DNA of 64,000 nucleotides from Candidatus Bathyarchaeia archaeon (GTDB lineage: Archaea; Thermoproteota; Bathyarchaeia; 40CM-2-53-6). The notes below the pieces were generated by a model. The model was given only the letters and a program-made list of their open reading frames with translations, had not been told where the DNA came from and did not search any database. Location: NCBI GenBank assembly GCA_050013255.1, contig JBEKFP010000001.1, positions 1,343,938 through 1,407,937 on the forward strand, given 5' to 3'. Each line of letters starts with the position of its first letter. The stretch's first letter is position 1. A program made the translations under genes and the position numbers. This document shows, one piece after another, positions 17,879-28,061 of this stretch.

Positions 17879-18904
17879 TTGACGTATGAGACTGGTGGAC
17901 GTGAGTCGGGGGTTGTTGCGTTTAAGGAAAACGATGAGGTAAGGGTGAACGACGACGCTGTCCTCGCACCGGAAGCTATCCGCGGAGAAGTCGGGACGAT
18001 TGTGACGATCAACCGCTTCTTGAGTGAGCCGACACAACTCTCTGAAAGCATTATAGCAGTCGACCGTTACCAGCAGCTGGTCAAACAGCCACGCGAGACT
18101 GAAATACTCGGCTTCGCCCTACAAGTCTTCTTTCCCAAGATTGGTGACTCGCTCCTCGTAGCTTCAAACGAAGTAACCCTACTTTCGAAATTCAGAGAAA
18201 GGATCGACAAACTCGAAGGCAGGCTCATCGCTCACCTAACCGACCCACAACAATTCACTGTGCTAGGCGACGGCGGGCTGGATGTTCCATTCATCAATCA
18301 GAACTTTGATGCGCAATTCTTCGGCGACTTGGTACGATACGTGCTCAGGCCGAAGCTTGGCAGAAATTCAACCAAGGTCCTATCGCCAGAAGCCTCCGGC
18401 CCACCTTTGGCGGCCGTGTACGCTAGTATGGCCGGCCTCAGCTTTGTGCGCGCGGTGAAAGTGTATGATAAGGCGAGGCCGCAAGTGCCTGGGACTTGGC
18501 GGGGGACTGTGTTGGGGGATGTTAAGGTCCCTTCCGCTACGAAGAAGACCGAGCACTACTTCGCCATACCTGAAGGCTCCATATTCGCCGGGGACCGTGT
18601 GGTCATCTTCGACGACGTCGGTTTCACCGGCCGAACCCGCAACGCCTGCATACAACTAATCGAAAAAGCAGGTGCAAAGGTCTCGGCAATCGTAAATGTC
18701 GTCGAGAAGTTGTACGGTGAGCCTCGAAACCTAACCGTGAACTCAAGAGCTATCCTCGGAATAACCGGCTTCGAACCTGAAACGGATAAGACTTGTAGGC
18801 TGAAGATTAACGAGCTTCTCTTGGAACCTCTGAAAACTCCTCGCATAGTCGGCGGCGTGAATTACGCTCCTAAGAGGTCTCTCTCAACTCTCCGTGAGCA
18901 ATAG
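17879..18904 (+). CDS. Phosphoribosyltransferase (purine PRT/PurR-like) with N-terminal extension
   Basis: PRPP-binding motif RVVIFDDVGFTGRT, plus SPEASG and PFINQ. Confidence 0.75.
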   Translation: MTYETGGRESGVVAFKENDEVRVNDDAVLAPEAIRGEVGTIVTINRFLSEPTQLSESIIAVDRYQQLVKQPRETEILGFALQVFFPKIGDSLLVASNEVTLLSKFRERIDKLEGRLIAHLTDPQQFTVLGDGGLDVPFINQNFDAQFFGDLVRYVLRPKLGRNSTKVLSPEASGPPLAAVYASMAGLSFVRAVKVYDKARPQVPGTWRGTVLGDVKVPSATKKTEHYFAIPEGSIFAGDRVVIFDDVGFTGRTRNACIQLIEKAGAKVSAIVNVVEKLYGEPRNLTVNSRAILGITGFEPETDKTCRLKINELLLEPLKTPRIVGGVNYAPKRSLSTLREQ

Positions 18905-19592
18905 TGCGCCTCAAGGAAGGTGCAAGTTGCAAATAGATCACTGCGATTTTCCGGAAGACGCACTCTACGACATCGACAACAGAGTTTGGGTTAGGCTACA
19001 GAAAGAGAAGATTGCTACAATTGGCATAACTAGCGTTCACTCTGCGCTAGCTGGAAGGCTGAACAAGGTCAACTTCAAGCCCGTCGGCACCTTCTTGCAG
19101 AAAGGGAAGAGCGTCGCAACCATTGAGAGTGTGAAATATTTCGGAGTAGTCCGAACTCCGCTCTCGGGCACACTTATCGAAAGCAACCCTGTTCTAACCA
19201 AACAACCGAAGTTGGCAAATGATTCACCCTATGAATTAGGTTGGTTTGTGAAAGTTGAAGCCGCTTTTCTCTCCGAAGAATTGAAGTCCCTAAGTGATCT
19301 TTCGAGCGCTCGTGAGTCACTGAAATTGCAGATTAGTCAGCTTCGGGTTAGGTGTTTCAAGGCTTATCCGGATTATGAAACGTGGGAGATAGGGGTGGAA
19401 TGCGCCGCCGTTTTGGTTAGATTGAATGAGCTTATCGAGCGGTGCGCCTTGAATGATGTGATTCACGTTGTTTCCGACGATCCAACCGCTGATATCGAAA
19501 TGGAGCGGTGGTCTGATGAAACAGGTCAGTTGGTGCTCGAGTCGAGGAAGGAAGGGAAGCTGATTCACTTTATCGTCAAGAAGGTGAAGTGA
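18894..19592 (+). CDS. Glycine cleavage H-like lipoyl carrier fused to TusA-like sulfur carrier domain
   Basis: ATIGIT...ATIESVK (lipoyl Lys)...PLSG...N.SPY..GW; C-terminal VVSDDPTADIEMERWS..TG...FIVKK (TusA fold). Confidence 0.85.
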   Translation: MSNSAPQGRCKLQIDHCDFPEDALYDIDNRVWVRLQKEKIATIGITSVHSALAGRLNKVNFKPVGTFLQKGKSVATIESVKYFGVVRTPLSGTLIESNPVLTKQPKLANDSPYELGWFVKVEAAFLSEELKSLSDLSSARESLKLQISQLRVRCFKAYPDYETWEIGVECAAVLVRLNELIERCALNDVIHVVSDDPTADIEMERWSDETGQLVLESRKEGKLIHFIVKKVK

Positions 19593-19619
19593 GAAAGTAG
19601 GGGGTTTTTTCCGAAGGTC

Positions 19620-20465
19620 TTACGGTTTCTGGATTGGGTTGCGGACCATGTTTCCCCACTCAGTCCAAGACCCGTCGTAGTTCCTAACCTTCGGGTAGCC
19701 AAGGAGGTATTTCAGAACGAACCATGAAAATGACGACCTCTCTCCGATTCTGCAGTATGTTATGATTTCCTTATCGGGTGTGATGCCTTTGCTTTGGTAT
19801 AGGCTAGCCAGGTCTTCTGCGGTTTTGAAGGTTCCATCCTCCTTCACAGCCTGAGACCAGGGTATGCTTACGGCGCCAGGGATGTGCCCTCCCCGTTGCG
19901 CGTGTTCGTTCGGGTATTCGGGTGGGGCCGTTATTTCTCCAGTAAATTCAGCTGGGCTGCGAACATCGACAAGCGCTTTGTCCTTTTTGCCAAGTGACTT
20001 CTTTACGCCGTCTAGATAGGTCCTGATTTCTTCGTTCGGGCCTGTGGCTTTGTAGACTGCTCGGCTATGTGCTAGTATTTCCTTTGTTACTTCCCCGTCC
20101 TCGGCGAGCCATTTCTTTCGGCCGCCGTTCATCAAAACCACTTTCTCAAAGCCATAGTACTTGAGTATCCAGAAGGCGAAAGCTGCAAACCAGTTGTTGA
20201 AGTCGCCGTAGAGAACAAGGGTCGTGTCTTTGTTTACGCCGGACTTTGAGAGTAAGTCTTCGAGCTGTTTTTGGTTGACTATGTCTCGGGATAGGGGGTC
20301 GTTCATGTCTGCTTTCCAGTCGAAGAGTACTGCGCCGGGTACGTGGCCGAGGTTGTAGTTCGCGATCGGGTCGTAGTCGACTTCGGCTATGCGAACATTG
20401 CTATCTTTGAGGTGTTGGCTTACCCAGTTGCTTTCAACAAGAACTTCAGGATGTTTGTATGACAA
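19620..20465 (-). CDS. Thiosulfate sulfurtransferase (tandem rhodanese)
   Basis: GHVPGA, GHIPGA, active-site YCRIGERS, YDGSWTEW. Confidence 0.95.
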   Translation of the reverse strand: MSYKHPEVLVESNWVSQHLKDSNVRIAEVDYDPIANYNLGHVPGAVLFDWKADMNDPLSRDIVNQKQLEDLLSKSGVNKDTTLVLYGDFNNWFAAFAFWILKYYGFEKVVLMNGGRKKWLAEDGEVTKEILAHSRAVYKATGPNEEIRTYLDGVKKSLGKKDKALVDVRSPAEFTGEITAPPEYPNEHAQRGGHIPGAVSIPWSQAVKEDGTFKTAEDLASLYQSKGITPDKEIITYCRIGERSSFSWFVLKYLLGYPKVRNYDGSWTEWGNMVRNPIQKP

Positions 20466-20692
20466 TTTGTTGCACGGCTGAAAACATGACGTACGGCATA
20501 TTTAACCTCATCCTAACGACACCTAAGCATCCGCGAGAACTTGTGAAGGCCCAGCTAAAGTTTAAATTCGAACGCGAAACTCCGGACCATTAACGGGCAC
20601 ATTATTGACGCCCGGTGAATCAGGGATTTTTCCAAGGGTTACTTGGCGGTTCAAGACGCTGCTCGGTCCCGGTTCGATAAATGGGTGAATGA

Positions 20693-22147
20693 ATGTTGAC
20701 AGAGAAGATTATTGACGGCTTGACCTTCGACGACGTCCTCCTAATCCCGAAGAAGTCCACTGTTCGTTCCCGAAAGGACGTGCACACCAGGACGCGCCTC
20801 TCACGAAATATCGAGTTACGCATCCCGATGGTGAGCGCTCCTATGGACACTGTGACTGAACATTCGATGGCGGCCACAATGGCGCGCGCTGGCGGCATCG
20901 GCATCATACATCGTTTCATGACAATACACCAACAAGTGGATGAAGTTCTGAAAGTGAAGCGCTCCGAGAGCATCGTCATAGAGCAACCCTACAGCCTAAC
21001 GGCTGGTCTGAAGCTCAAGGACGCGAAACGCTTGATGTCCCAGAAAGGAGTATCCGGCCTGCTCGTCCTTGACGAGCGGGGGCACCTGCAGGGGATCCTG
21101 ACGACGCGAGACATTCAATTTGAACGCGACCCGGAGAAAAAAGTCAGTGAAATGATGACTGGAATCAAAGACATGGTCACAGCCTCTGCCGGGATAACAC
21201 TTGAAGAGGCGGAGCGCATTCTGCACAAAAACAAGCTCGAAAAACTTCCATTGACCGACAAGGACGGAAAACTGCGCGGCCTCATAACAAGCCGCGACAT
21301 GCTCAGCCTCGAACAGTATCCCGACGCTTCGAAGGACCAGAAAGGCCGCTTAATGGTCGGCGCAGCCGTTGGTGTGAAGGCAGGTTACCTGGAGAGAGGT
21401 AGGGAGTTGTGTGAAGCTGGTGTTGACGTGCTCGTCCTCGACGTGGCCCACGCCCACTCCGACATCACACTGGAAGCCGTTCGCAACATCAAGAAGTCAC
21501 TGCCAAAAGCTGAGTTGATTGTGGGCAATGTTGCGACCAAGGAGGGAACCGAGGATCTTATCGCGGCTGGAGCGGACGCCGTGAAGGTGGGAATTGGTTC
21601 CGGTTCGATATGTATCACCAGGATCGTGACAGGGGCAGGAGTTCCTCAGCTTACGGCTATCATCGAATGTACCAAGGTGGCCGACGAGAATGGTGTACCA
21701 ATAATTGCTGATGGGGGAATACGCAACTCGGGCGATATTACAAAGGCCATCGCAGCGGGCGCTTCAACCGTGATGGTTGGAAGCCTCCTCGCAGGGGCGG
21801 AGGAGAGCCCGGGGATGACCGTGATGAGGGAGGGCAGGAAATTCAAACTCGTGCGCGGAATGGCTTCAGTAGCTGCCTCCTACGACCGGACAACACGAGA
21901 ATCCGAACAGGCAGAAGAGGACGCGGCAGTCGACCTCTTGGACTACGTACCAGAAGGTGTGGAGGCGTTCGTAGCCTACAAGGGCAACGCCTCAGAGTTA
22001 ATCAGCCAACTGGTCGGGGGACTGCGTTCTGGGATGAGTTACTGCGGAGCAACAGAAATCTCGCAATTCCGCGGTAAAGGTAACTTCGTCAAAATCTCAC
22101 AAGCAGGTTTGAAGGAAAGCTACCCACACGACGTAGAAGTAATGTAA
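20693..22147 (+). CDS. guaB: IMP dehydrogenase
   Basis: [21 protein letters not shown] pair, [13 protein letters not shown]. Confidence 0.97.
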   Translation: MLTEKIIDGLTFDDVLLIPKKSTVRSRKDVHTRTRLSRNIELRIPMVSAPMDTVTEHSMAATMARAGGIGIIHRFMTIHQQVDEVLKVKRSESIVIEQPYSLTAGLKLKDAKRLMSQKGVSGLLVLDERGHLQGILTTRDIQFERDPEKKVSEMMTGIKDMVTASAGITLEEAERILHKNKLEKLPLTDKDGKLRGLITSRDMLSLEQYPDASKDQKGRLMVGAAVGVKAGYLERGRELCEAGVDVLVLDVAHAHSDITLEAVRNIKKSLPKAELIVGNVATKEGTEDLIAAGADAVKVGIGSGSICITRIVTGAGVPQLTAIIECTKVADENGVPIIADGGIRNSGDITKAIAAGASTVMVGSLLAGAEESPGMTVMREGRKFKLVRGMASVAASYDRTTRESEQAEEDAAVDLLDYVPEGVEAFVAYKGNASELISQLVGGLRSGMSYCGATEISQFRGKGNFVKISQAGLKESYPHDVEVM

Positions 22148-22188
22148 ACAGAACAAGCCCTGCTCCTTCAACTAATCGGCGCGGCTCT

Positions 22189-22701
22189 TTGAAAATCTTC
22201 ACAATCGGCCATTCAACCAGAACCTTCCACGAACTCGTACGCTCATTATCGGCTCATGGAGTTAACATCTTAGCTGACGTGCGAGGTTTCCCCCGTTCCT
22301 TCAAAAATCCCCAATTCAACACCGAGGTAATGGAAACCGAACTCCCCGAACACAGCATTCGCTACGTCTGGTTGCAGAAGCTCGGCGGCCGGAGGAAAGG
22401 GTTAGGGCAAGAATCGAAGAACACCTGTTGGAAGAGCAAGTCGTTCAGGAATTATGCGGATTACATGGAGACCTCCGCTTTCACCGATGGCGCCGAGGAA
22501 CTCATCAGGTTGACAGGTGAGGGGATCGTTGCCATAATGTGTGCTGAGGCCGTTTATTGGAGGTGCCACCGGTCAATGATATCCGATTTCCTGAAATCAA
22601 ATGGGCTGCAGGTCACACACATCTCCGATGAGACGCACAGCCGGGAGCATGAATATACTCAATGCGCGAAGGTTGTAGACGGAAAACTAACCTACCATTG
22701 A
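22189..22701 (+). CDS. DUF488 family protein
   Basis: IFTIGHS, DVR.FP.S, LGGRR and MCAEAVYWRCHR motifs. Confidence 0.9.
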   Translation: MKIFTIGHSTRTFHELVRSLSAHGVNILADVRGFPRSFKNPQFNTEVMETELPEHSIRYVWLQKLGGRRKGLGQESKNTCWKSKSFRNYADYMETSAFTDGAEELIRLTGEGIVAIMCAEAVYWRCHRSMISDFLKSNGLQVTHISDETHSREHEYTQCAKVVDGKLTYH

Positions 22702-22747
22702 ATAGAACTAAATCCTGAACCGCAACCTTCCGTCTTTCGCGAGTTTC

Positions 22748-23086
22748 TTACTGTATGTCGACCATTACGTCGTTTCCTTGAATCATGACCTTGTACGATT
22801 TTTCCGGCGGGATGCTATCCGCTGGTTCTTGGTCGGGCCCGATGAGAACTTTACCAGTCGTGATATCGAACTGGGCCCCGTGCTCTGGGCAGGTGACCAC
22901 ATTATTCCTCAGTGCGCCCTCTGAGAGGTTCCCTTGCTCATGCGTACACCAATTATCCATCGCGTAGAAGTTTCCGCTGATATTAGCAAGAACAATGTTC
23001 TTTCCACCAGCGTTGACGAATTTGAGGCGGCCAGGGGGCACGTCGGATTTGCTGCAGGCCTTAACTAGTGGCATTGGCGCATCCAA
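22748..23086 (-). CDS. Rieske-type ferredoxin
   Basis: CTH...CPEHG..FDI.TG motif. Confidence 0.9.
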   Translation of the reverse strand: MDAPMPLVKACSKSDVPPGRLKFVNAGGKNIVLANISGNFYAMDNWCTHEQGNLSEGALRNNVVTCPEHGAQFDITTGKVLIGPDQEPADSIPPEKSYKVMIQGNDVMVDIQ

Positions 23087-23122
23087 ATTTCTGAGGATGT
23101 TCTTCCGGTTTTAAGTCCTTCG

Positions 23123-24970
23123 TCATAGCGGTTTAGGGTTCGCTTTTAATCGGTGCAGCTCCGCGGTCAATAATGGGACGGCAGCAGCGTAGTCGGCTGC
23201 AATGCCATAATCGCAATTGTTGAAGATTAGTGCATTTGGATCTTTGTTGATCGCTACAACTATTCTCGCCCGGCCGATTCCGACCATGTGGTTAAATGCA
23301 CCTCTCACGCCGATCGCTAGATACAGCTTCGGCCCCACGGATCTACCTGTTAGCCCAACCTGAAGCTGCCTGGGCAGCCAGCCCAAGTCCACAACCTTCC
23401 TAGTGGTCGCTATCGGCGCATCCAAGACCTCAGCCAATTCATTGATTACTTTCATATTACTGGGTCCGCCAACGCCAAATCCTACAGATACAACGACGTC
23501 CGCATTGTCTAATCTCAACGCGTCCCGATCTGACTCGAACCTTTCCTCGACCACCCGGCCCATTGCCTTCAGACCCGTTGGGTGTACTTCAACTACACTA
23601 CCCCGTCTGGAAGGGTTTGCTTCGGTTGCGGTCAGCATTCCGGGCCGAACCGTTGCCATCTGTGGAAGCGTACGGCTGATAATGGGTGCTACAATGTTTC
23701 CGCCAAATGCCGGCTTCAATTGAACCAGTTGCCCTTGGTCGTTCACCTCTAGTCCTATGCAGTCGCTTGTCATACCTAGGCCAAGCCGAGCAGCTACCCT
23801 CGGCATGAAATCCCGGCCGAGGGAAGTAGCAGCCGCCACAACGGCGAAGGGCTGGTATCGTAGAATTGTTTCAGCTAGGGCAGCGGCGTAAGCGTCGCTC
23901 GAGTAACCCGACAACTGCTCATGCTTGACCAAGTAGACTCTGTCAGCTCCATGGGCGATGAAATTCTGGACATGCTCCTTGGGGCTATCTCCTAGTACGA
24001 CGACGCACAGTTCGCTCTCCAATTTGGACGCGAGTTCGAGTCCCCGCCCAATTAGTTCGTAGGTTGCGCTCCTCACGCGGCCTTGCACAAGCTCAGCGAA
24101 AACCCAAAAGGGCTTGTTCATTCCTACGGCGCGGGAAACGGGAGGCATAACTTTCTTTTCCTCAACCTCCTTCCATCCCGAGAACAGGCCGCTTGCGGCT
24201 AGGTTCTCTGCAAGTTTCTTCACTTTCTCTTCCAGCGTTGAGCCGTCGACGATTTCGCATTTCCTCTTGGTTTCAATGGAGTAAATCTCGGAAACAGACG
24301 TTGGTGAGCCTTTGGATCCGAACAGTGATGCGTCTTGGCTAAGTTCCGACGCCGTAATGGCCGTGTAGGGTTTTGATTTCGCAGCTTCCCGTTCTTCCTG
24401 GGTTGGGGAGTAGGGTTTGATTAATCGTTCAGCGGACGTTAGGAGGAGTGGTAATGGTGCTTCTATTCGTTGGAACCCGTAGTCCGTTTCGGCTTCGACT
24501 GTAGCTTGATCGTGGCTGGCTGAGAGGTCGACTTTGGTTGCACCGCTCACGTGCGGAATCCCAAGAAGTTCTGCGACCTCAGGGCCGACGTGGCCGGTTT
24601 CCGCGTCCACGCTGTACTTTCCGCAGAGGATGATGTCGAAGGGTTTCTCTCTCTTAATCGCCATTGAGAGGGCACGTGAAGTAGCTAGGGTGTCCGACCC
24701 AGCAAACGCCCTATCTAACAGGTGTAGGGCACGGTCGGCGCCCATCGCCATAGCCTCAGTTAGGGCTTCTTTAGCTTGGGGTGGCCCCATCGTCATAACA
24801 ACCACCTCGCCACCGAACTCTCTCTTAGCGTTGGCAGCGAAGGTTATGGCTCGTCTATCAAACGGGTTAATCTCGTTGTGAACTCCTTCCCGGATAAGCG
24901 TCTTCTTCACGCTGTCAAACTTGAGCTCTGAAACCGCCGGAACTTGCTTGATGCACACAATAAACTTCAT
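23123..24970 (-). CDS. Electron transfer flavoprotein beta-alpha fusion
   Basis: N-terminal VCIKQVP...GSDTLATS (beta); C-terminal RPAFGG-like, QVGLTG..V.PKLY.A.GV.GA..H..G and AINKDP.A.IF (alpha). Confidence 0.92.
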   Translation of the reverse strand: MKFIVCIKQVPAVSELKFDSVKKTLIREGVHNEINPFDRRAITFAANAKREFGGEVVVMTMGPPQAKEALTEAMAMGADRALHLLDRAFAGSDTLATSRALSMAIKREKPFDIILCGKYSVDAETGHVGPEVAELLGIPHVSGATKVDLSASHDQATVEAETDYGFQRIEAPLPLLLTSAERLIKPYSPTQEEREAAKSKPYTAITASELSQDASLFGSKGSPTSVSEIYSIETKRKCEIVDGSTLEEKVKKLAENLAASGLFSGWKEVEEKKVMPPVSRAVGMNKPFWVFAELVQGRVRSATYELIGRGLELASKLESELCVVVLGDSPKEHVQNFIAHGADRVYLVKHEQLSGYSSDAYAAALAETILRYQPFAVVAAATSLGRDFMPRVAARLGLGMTSDCIGLEVNDQGQLVQLKPAFGGNIVAPIISRTLPQMATVRPGMLTATEANPSRRGSVVEVHPTGLKAMGRVVEERFESDRDALRLDNADVVVSVGFGVGGPSNMKVINELAEVLDAPIATTRKVVDLGWLPRQLQVGLTGRSVGPKLYLAIGVRGAFNHMVGIGRARIVVAINKDPNALIFNNCDYGIAADYAAAVPLLTAELHRLKANPKPL

Positions 24971-25061
24971 TGCAGAACCACTCTAACCCAGTCGCTTGGC
25001 GTCACATGGCATTTGGGTGGAAAAGTGGAATCTTCTCCAAATCTAACTATTCTTCCAAACC

Positions 25062-25271
25062 ATGATAAATACCTTGGGTTACCAGAGGCTGCTATCGTTG
25101 GCTTTCGAGATGGGCGTGTACTTCGTTGGCGGTTCACAGGCTGTCCAGCAGCTACCACGTCGTTGCCTATACTGCGAGCAACCATTCAGTGATAGGCGCG
25201 CACTCAACGAACATTACCTATCAGTCCATACGGAAGCATTTTCGGAAGAGGAATTGAACTCGGCCCGCTAA
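25062..25271 (+). CDS. Small C2H2 zinc-finger protein
   Basis: RCLYCEQPF....ALNEHYLSVH; start may be the ATG at 25110. Confidence 0.6.
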   Translation: MINTLGYQRLLSLAFEMGVYFVGGSQAVQQLPRRCLYCEQPFSDRRALNEHYLSVHTEAFSEEELNSAR

Positions 25272-25303
25272 GACGTGCACGCGCAGGGAGATAGCGGGAA
25301 CGG

Positions 25304-25720
25304 TCAGGCTATCTTCTTACCAGTATTAGCACTGAACGCTAAGGATTGTACTTCATCGAGTTTGATGCTTATGATTGCTTTCGGTTTGAAGCCCAGGATC
25401 TCCAAACGGTCAGCGGCTTGTTGAAAGAGTGGGCCGAAGGTTTCCATAATCGCTTTTCCCTTCATCCTGAACCCGATGATGGCTTGGAGGTCGAAGAAAA
25501 CCACCGTAACGTCTGGGGTTTTCTTGATGACATCGCTCAGGGTAGTTGAAAACACGTCCGTGAACTCTAGGTGTTCATCATCCCTTATGCGGAAGTGTTT
25601 TGGTGAGGCGTTTGGCGTCCCATCGCTTCTCAGTGAGGATAGGACTCCGACGCATCCGTTGTATTCTTTATCGAATCGGTCTTCTATGAATTTCTTTACA
25701 GCGTCTGGTAGCATAACCAT
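25304..25720 (-). CDS. Pyridoxamine 5'-phosphate oxidase-like FMN-binding protein
   Basis: LSS...DGTPNASPK and G.RMKG.A motifs. Confidence 0.75.
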   Translation of the reverse strand: MVMLPDAVKKFIEDRFDKEYNGCVGVLSSLRSDGTPNASPKHFRIRDDEHLEFTDVFSTTLSDVIKKTPDVTVVFFDLQAIIGFRMKGKAIMETFGPLFQQAADRLEILGFKPKAIISIKLDEVQSLAFSANTGKKIA

Positions 25721-25956
25721 TAACCTTCAAGCCCTTTCGTGATGGAAGCTGAGAATTGAAGAGCGGTCATGCTATTTCAATATTTAACGTAGCACGAGGC
25801 CCTAGGATTGAACCGAACGACATTGACCTTTTCCGGATGTCCCTATACTTCATGTTCAGTGCCGGTAACTCGCCACCTTCTATAGGAACTACGTGGCGAA
25901 CGGTTAACTCGAATTTCTTCATATCAAGCTCCTACCGGTGAAAGTGAGGTGAAAGA

Positions 25957-26244
25957 ATGAGAAAAGCGAGAATGTTCCCGATGATATTCCTTATCATGGT
26001 TCTAGTCGCAGTGCTCGCATTACCACAAGGATTTGCAGCGACCAAGGCTATCACCAAGAATTTTGGGAATAGGCCGACACCGATCGTCCGTCCCGTCCAT
26101 CAGCAATCACCAACCACACCTCACCAATCAGGCAACGGCTTACTGGTACTAAGTAACAGCCTGCCCAGCAATTACCAAGATGTGCTAGAATTCACGGACG
26201 GCTCTGGCAACGTGGCATTCGCAAGACCACTTCTGAACATGTAG
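25957..26244 (+). CDS. Hypothetical secreted protein
   Basis: Signal peptide; strong SD (GAGGTGA) upstream. Confidence 0.55.
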   Translation: MRKARMFPMIFLIMVLVAVLALPQGFAATKAITKNFGNRPTPIVRPVHQQSPTTPHQSGNGLLVLSNSLPSNYQDVLEFTDGSGNVAFARPLLNM

Positions 26245-26509
26245 GCTCTTCGGCCAACAGCCGCGGAGGTCTCCCTTTATTTTCATCGCTTACGACCGAA
26301 AAAATCCTTGGGTTGATGATCTTCGCACCTTTCCGAGCCCCCAGCGCGTCTTCGGGTTAGCGGTACGCGTCAACGCTGATACCGAACCCGAACTTGAAGG
26401 CCCAGGGTGACGGCTTCGAGAAGCTCGCAAGCGTGCAACTCTGAAAACGATTTCACACACTTCTCCCAGAGTTTAATTACGTCCAGCCGTCAATTCTTCT
26501 TCGAGGCCG

Positions 26510-27064
26510 ATGCAATCGCTCTCTTCCCTTGAATCAAAACTCGGAACCGTAGTGGGTGATTTCCGAAAGAAGTACCCTTCGTTCGATGAGTCTTTCAGCA
26601 CGTACACAGGGCAGTACGGCGAGGGTGCTGTGAAGGTCTATGAGCCCTTCAAGGTCAGCGACACCATCGATCCCGTCGTAATGATTCTCGGTCGAACTAC
26701 GTCCCTTTTCTACAAAGATTCGCGTCGGCTCCTGTCCGGTAGCGTCAACTCGGTCCTTATTGAGAGTGGCAATGTCTATGTGATGGGTAGACGCGAACCT
26801 CCCGATTCGAAACTAATCGTCTGGTCAGCGAAGGAGGAGACCGAGGTTGAACAGTATGACAGTCGCATCCGAATAATTCCTTCGCGAATTCACGCCGCGA
26901 TCTTTGCCTTAGAAGACGGCGCTGTCTTGTTCGCTGATCTGGGCAGCTCCTCGGGGTCGATTTTGGCTGGTGAAACTTCAAAGCCGGAACCATTCATCAC
27001 ACTGTACGCGGCGCCTAGGGTGGACGTTCATAGAGTCCCGATTGAAACAAAGTACGCGCGCTAG
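26510..27064 (+). CDS. FHA domain-containing protein
   Basis: MGRR...PSRIHA.I...FADLGSSSGS pattern. Confidence 0.65.
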   Translation: MQSLSSLESKLGTVVGDFRKKYPSFDESFSTYTGQYGEGAVKVYEPFKVSDTIDPVVMILGRTTSLFYKDSRRLLSGSVNSVLIESGNVYVMGRREPPDSKLIVWSAKEETEVEQYDSRIRIIPSRIHAAIFALEDGAVLFADLGSSSGSILAGETSKPEPFITLYAAPRVDVHRVPIETKYAR

Positions 27065-27283
27065 GGCCCGGGATTAGATCCATGAGGTGACTAACGGGTA
27101 GAACTTTGCTATCATCAATCAACCGCCTCATTCTATATGCTACGGCGCAGACGAAGCTAGTTTGAAAGTCAGCCTCAATCAATTCCGGTAGCCTATCTAG
27201 CTGTAGTTCGCCCCCGAACCTTGGTACGGGATTCGCTAATCGAGAGTTAACCCTAAATTTCCGATTCCTCTGTGCTCGAATGA

Positions 27284-27380
27284 AGGTACCGGGGGAGCTG
27301 GGAAAATCCCGGCTGAGAGGACGGCTCACGTCGCCGTCGACCCCGTGAACCTGATCCGGGTAATGCCGGCGTAGGGAGTG
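27284..27380 (+). ncRNA. TPP riboswitch aptamer
   Basis: GGGGAGC...GGCTGAGAG...GACCCCGTGAACCTGATCCGGGTAATGCCGGCGTAGGGAG matches the TPP consensus; lies upstream of thiT. Confidence 0.95.
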
Positions 27381-27484
27381 TGCTAAGTGAACGCTAGTCG
27401 TGCAACTTTCCGCAATCCATCTAGAGCGTTCCATATCGCTGTCCTCGGTAACCTTCAACCAAAACGTGGAGGTGAAATTGGACA

Positions 27485-28003
27485 GTGAAAATTCAAACAA
27501 AGATACTAACAGAAATCATTGCTATGGTCGCTCTGGCGGGAGTCCTTGAGTACGTTTCCGGATTTCTCCCGTTGCAGATGCCAGAAGGTGGCAGGGTGAC
27601 CCTTGCCGCGATGGTCCCAATCTTCTTCGTTGCCGCACGAAGGGGTCCGCGTATTGGAATCTTGGCGGGGATTGCTTTCGGTTTGGTGGTGCTCGTGGAA
27701 GAACCTTTCATCTACCATCCAGTTCAAGTTCTGCTTGATTATCCACTGGCTTTCGGCGCACTCGGGTTAGCAGGTTTCTTCCGAGACTCACCTTTGCTCG
27801 GCGTCGCGGTCGGCATAGGGGGAAGGTTCCTCTGCCATTTCACTTCAGGGCTCGTTTTCTTCGCAACGTATGCGCCAGCAGGAATGAATCCAGCGCTTTA
27901 TTCCGCAATATACAACGCGTGGTATCTTATTCCAGAACTCATCGTTAGCTCTGTGTTCATGTTCATACTGCAAAAAAGGCATGTACTAGAAATCTACCTC
28001 TGA
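27485..28003 (+). CDS. thiT: ECF thiamine S-component ThiT
   Basis: MPEGG.VTL.AMVPI, HPVQVLLDYPLAF, RFLCHF.SG.VFF..YAP.G, SAIYN; preceded by a TPP riboswitch. Confidence 0.92.
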   Translation: MKIQTKILTEIIAMVALAGVLEYVSGFLPLQMPEGGRVTLAAMVPIFFVAARRGPRIGILAGIAFGLVVLVEEPFIYHPVQVLLDYPLAFGALGLAGFFRDSPLLGVAVGIGGRFLCHFTSGLVFFATYAPAGMNPALYSAIYNAWYLIPELIVSSVFMFILQKRHVLEIYL

Positions 28004-28061
28004 TCCGCCACGTAGAAACGCGAAATAAAGCGATCCTCCCTTTCTTACCGTTGTTCAACCT

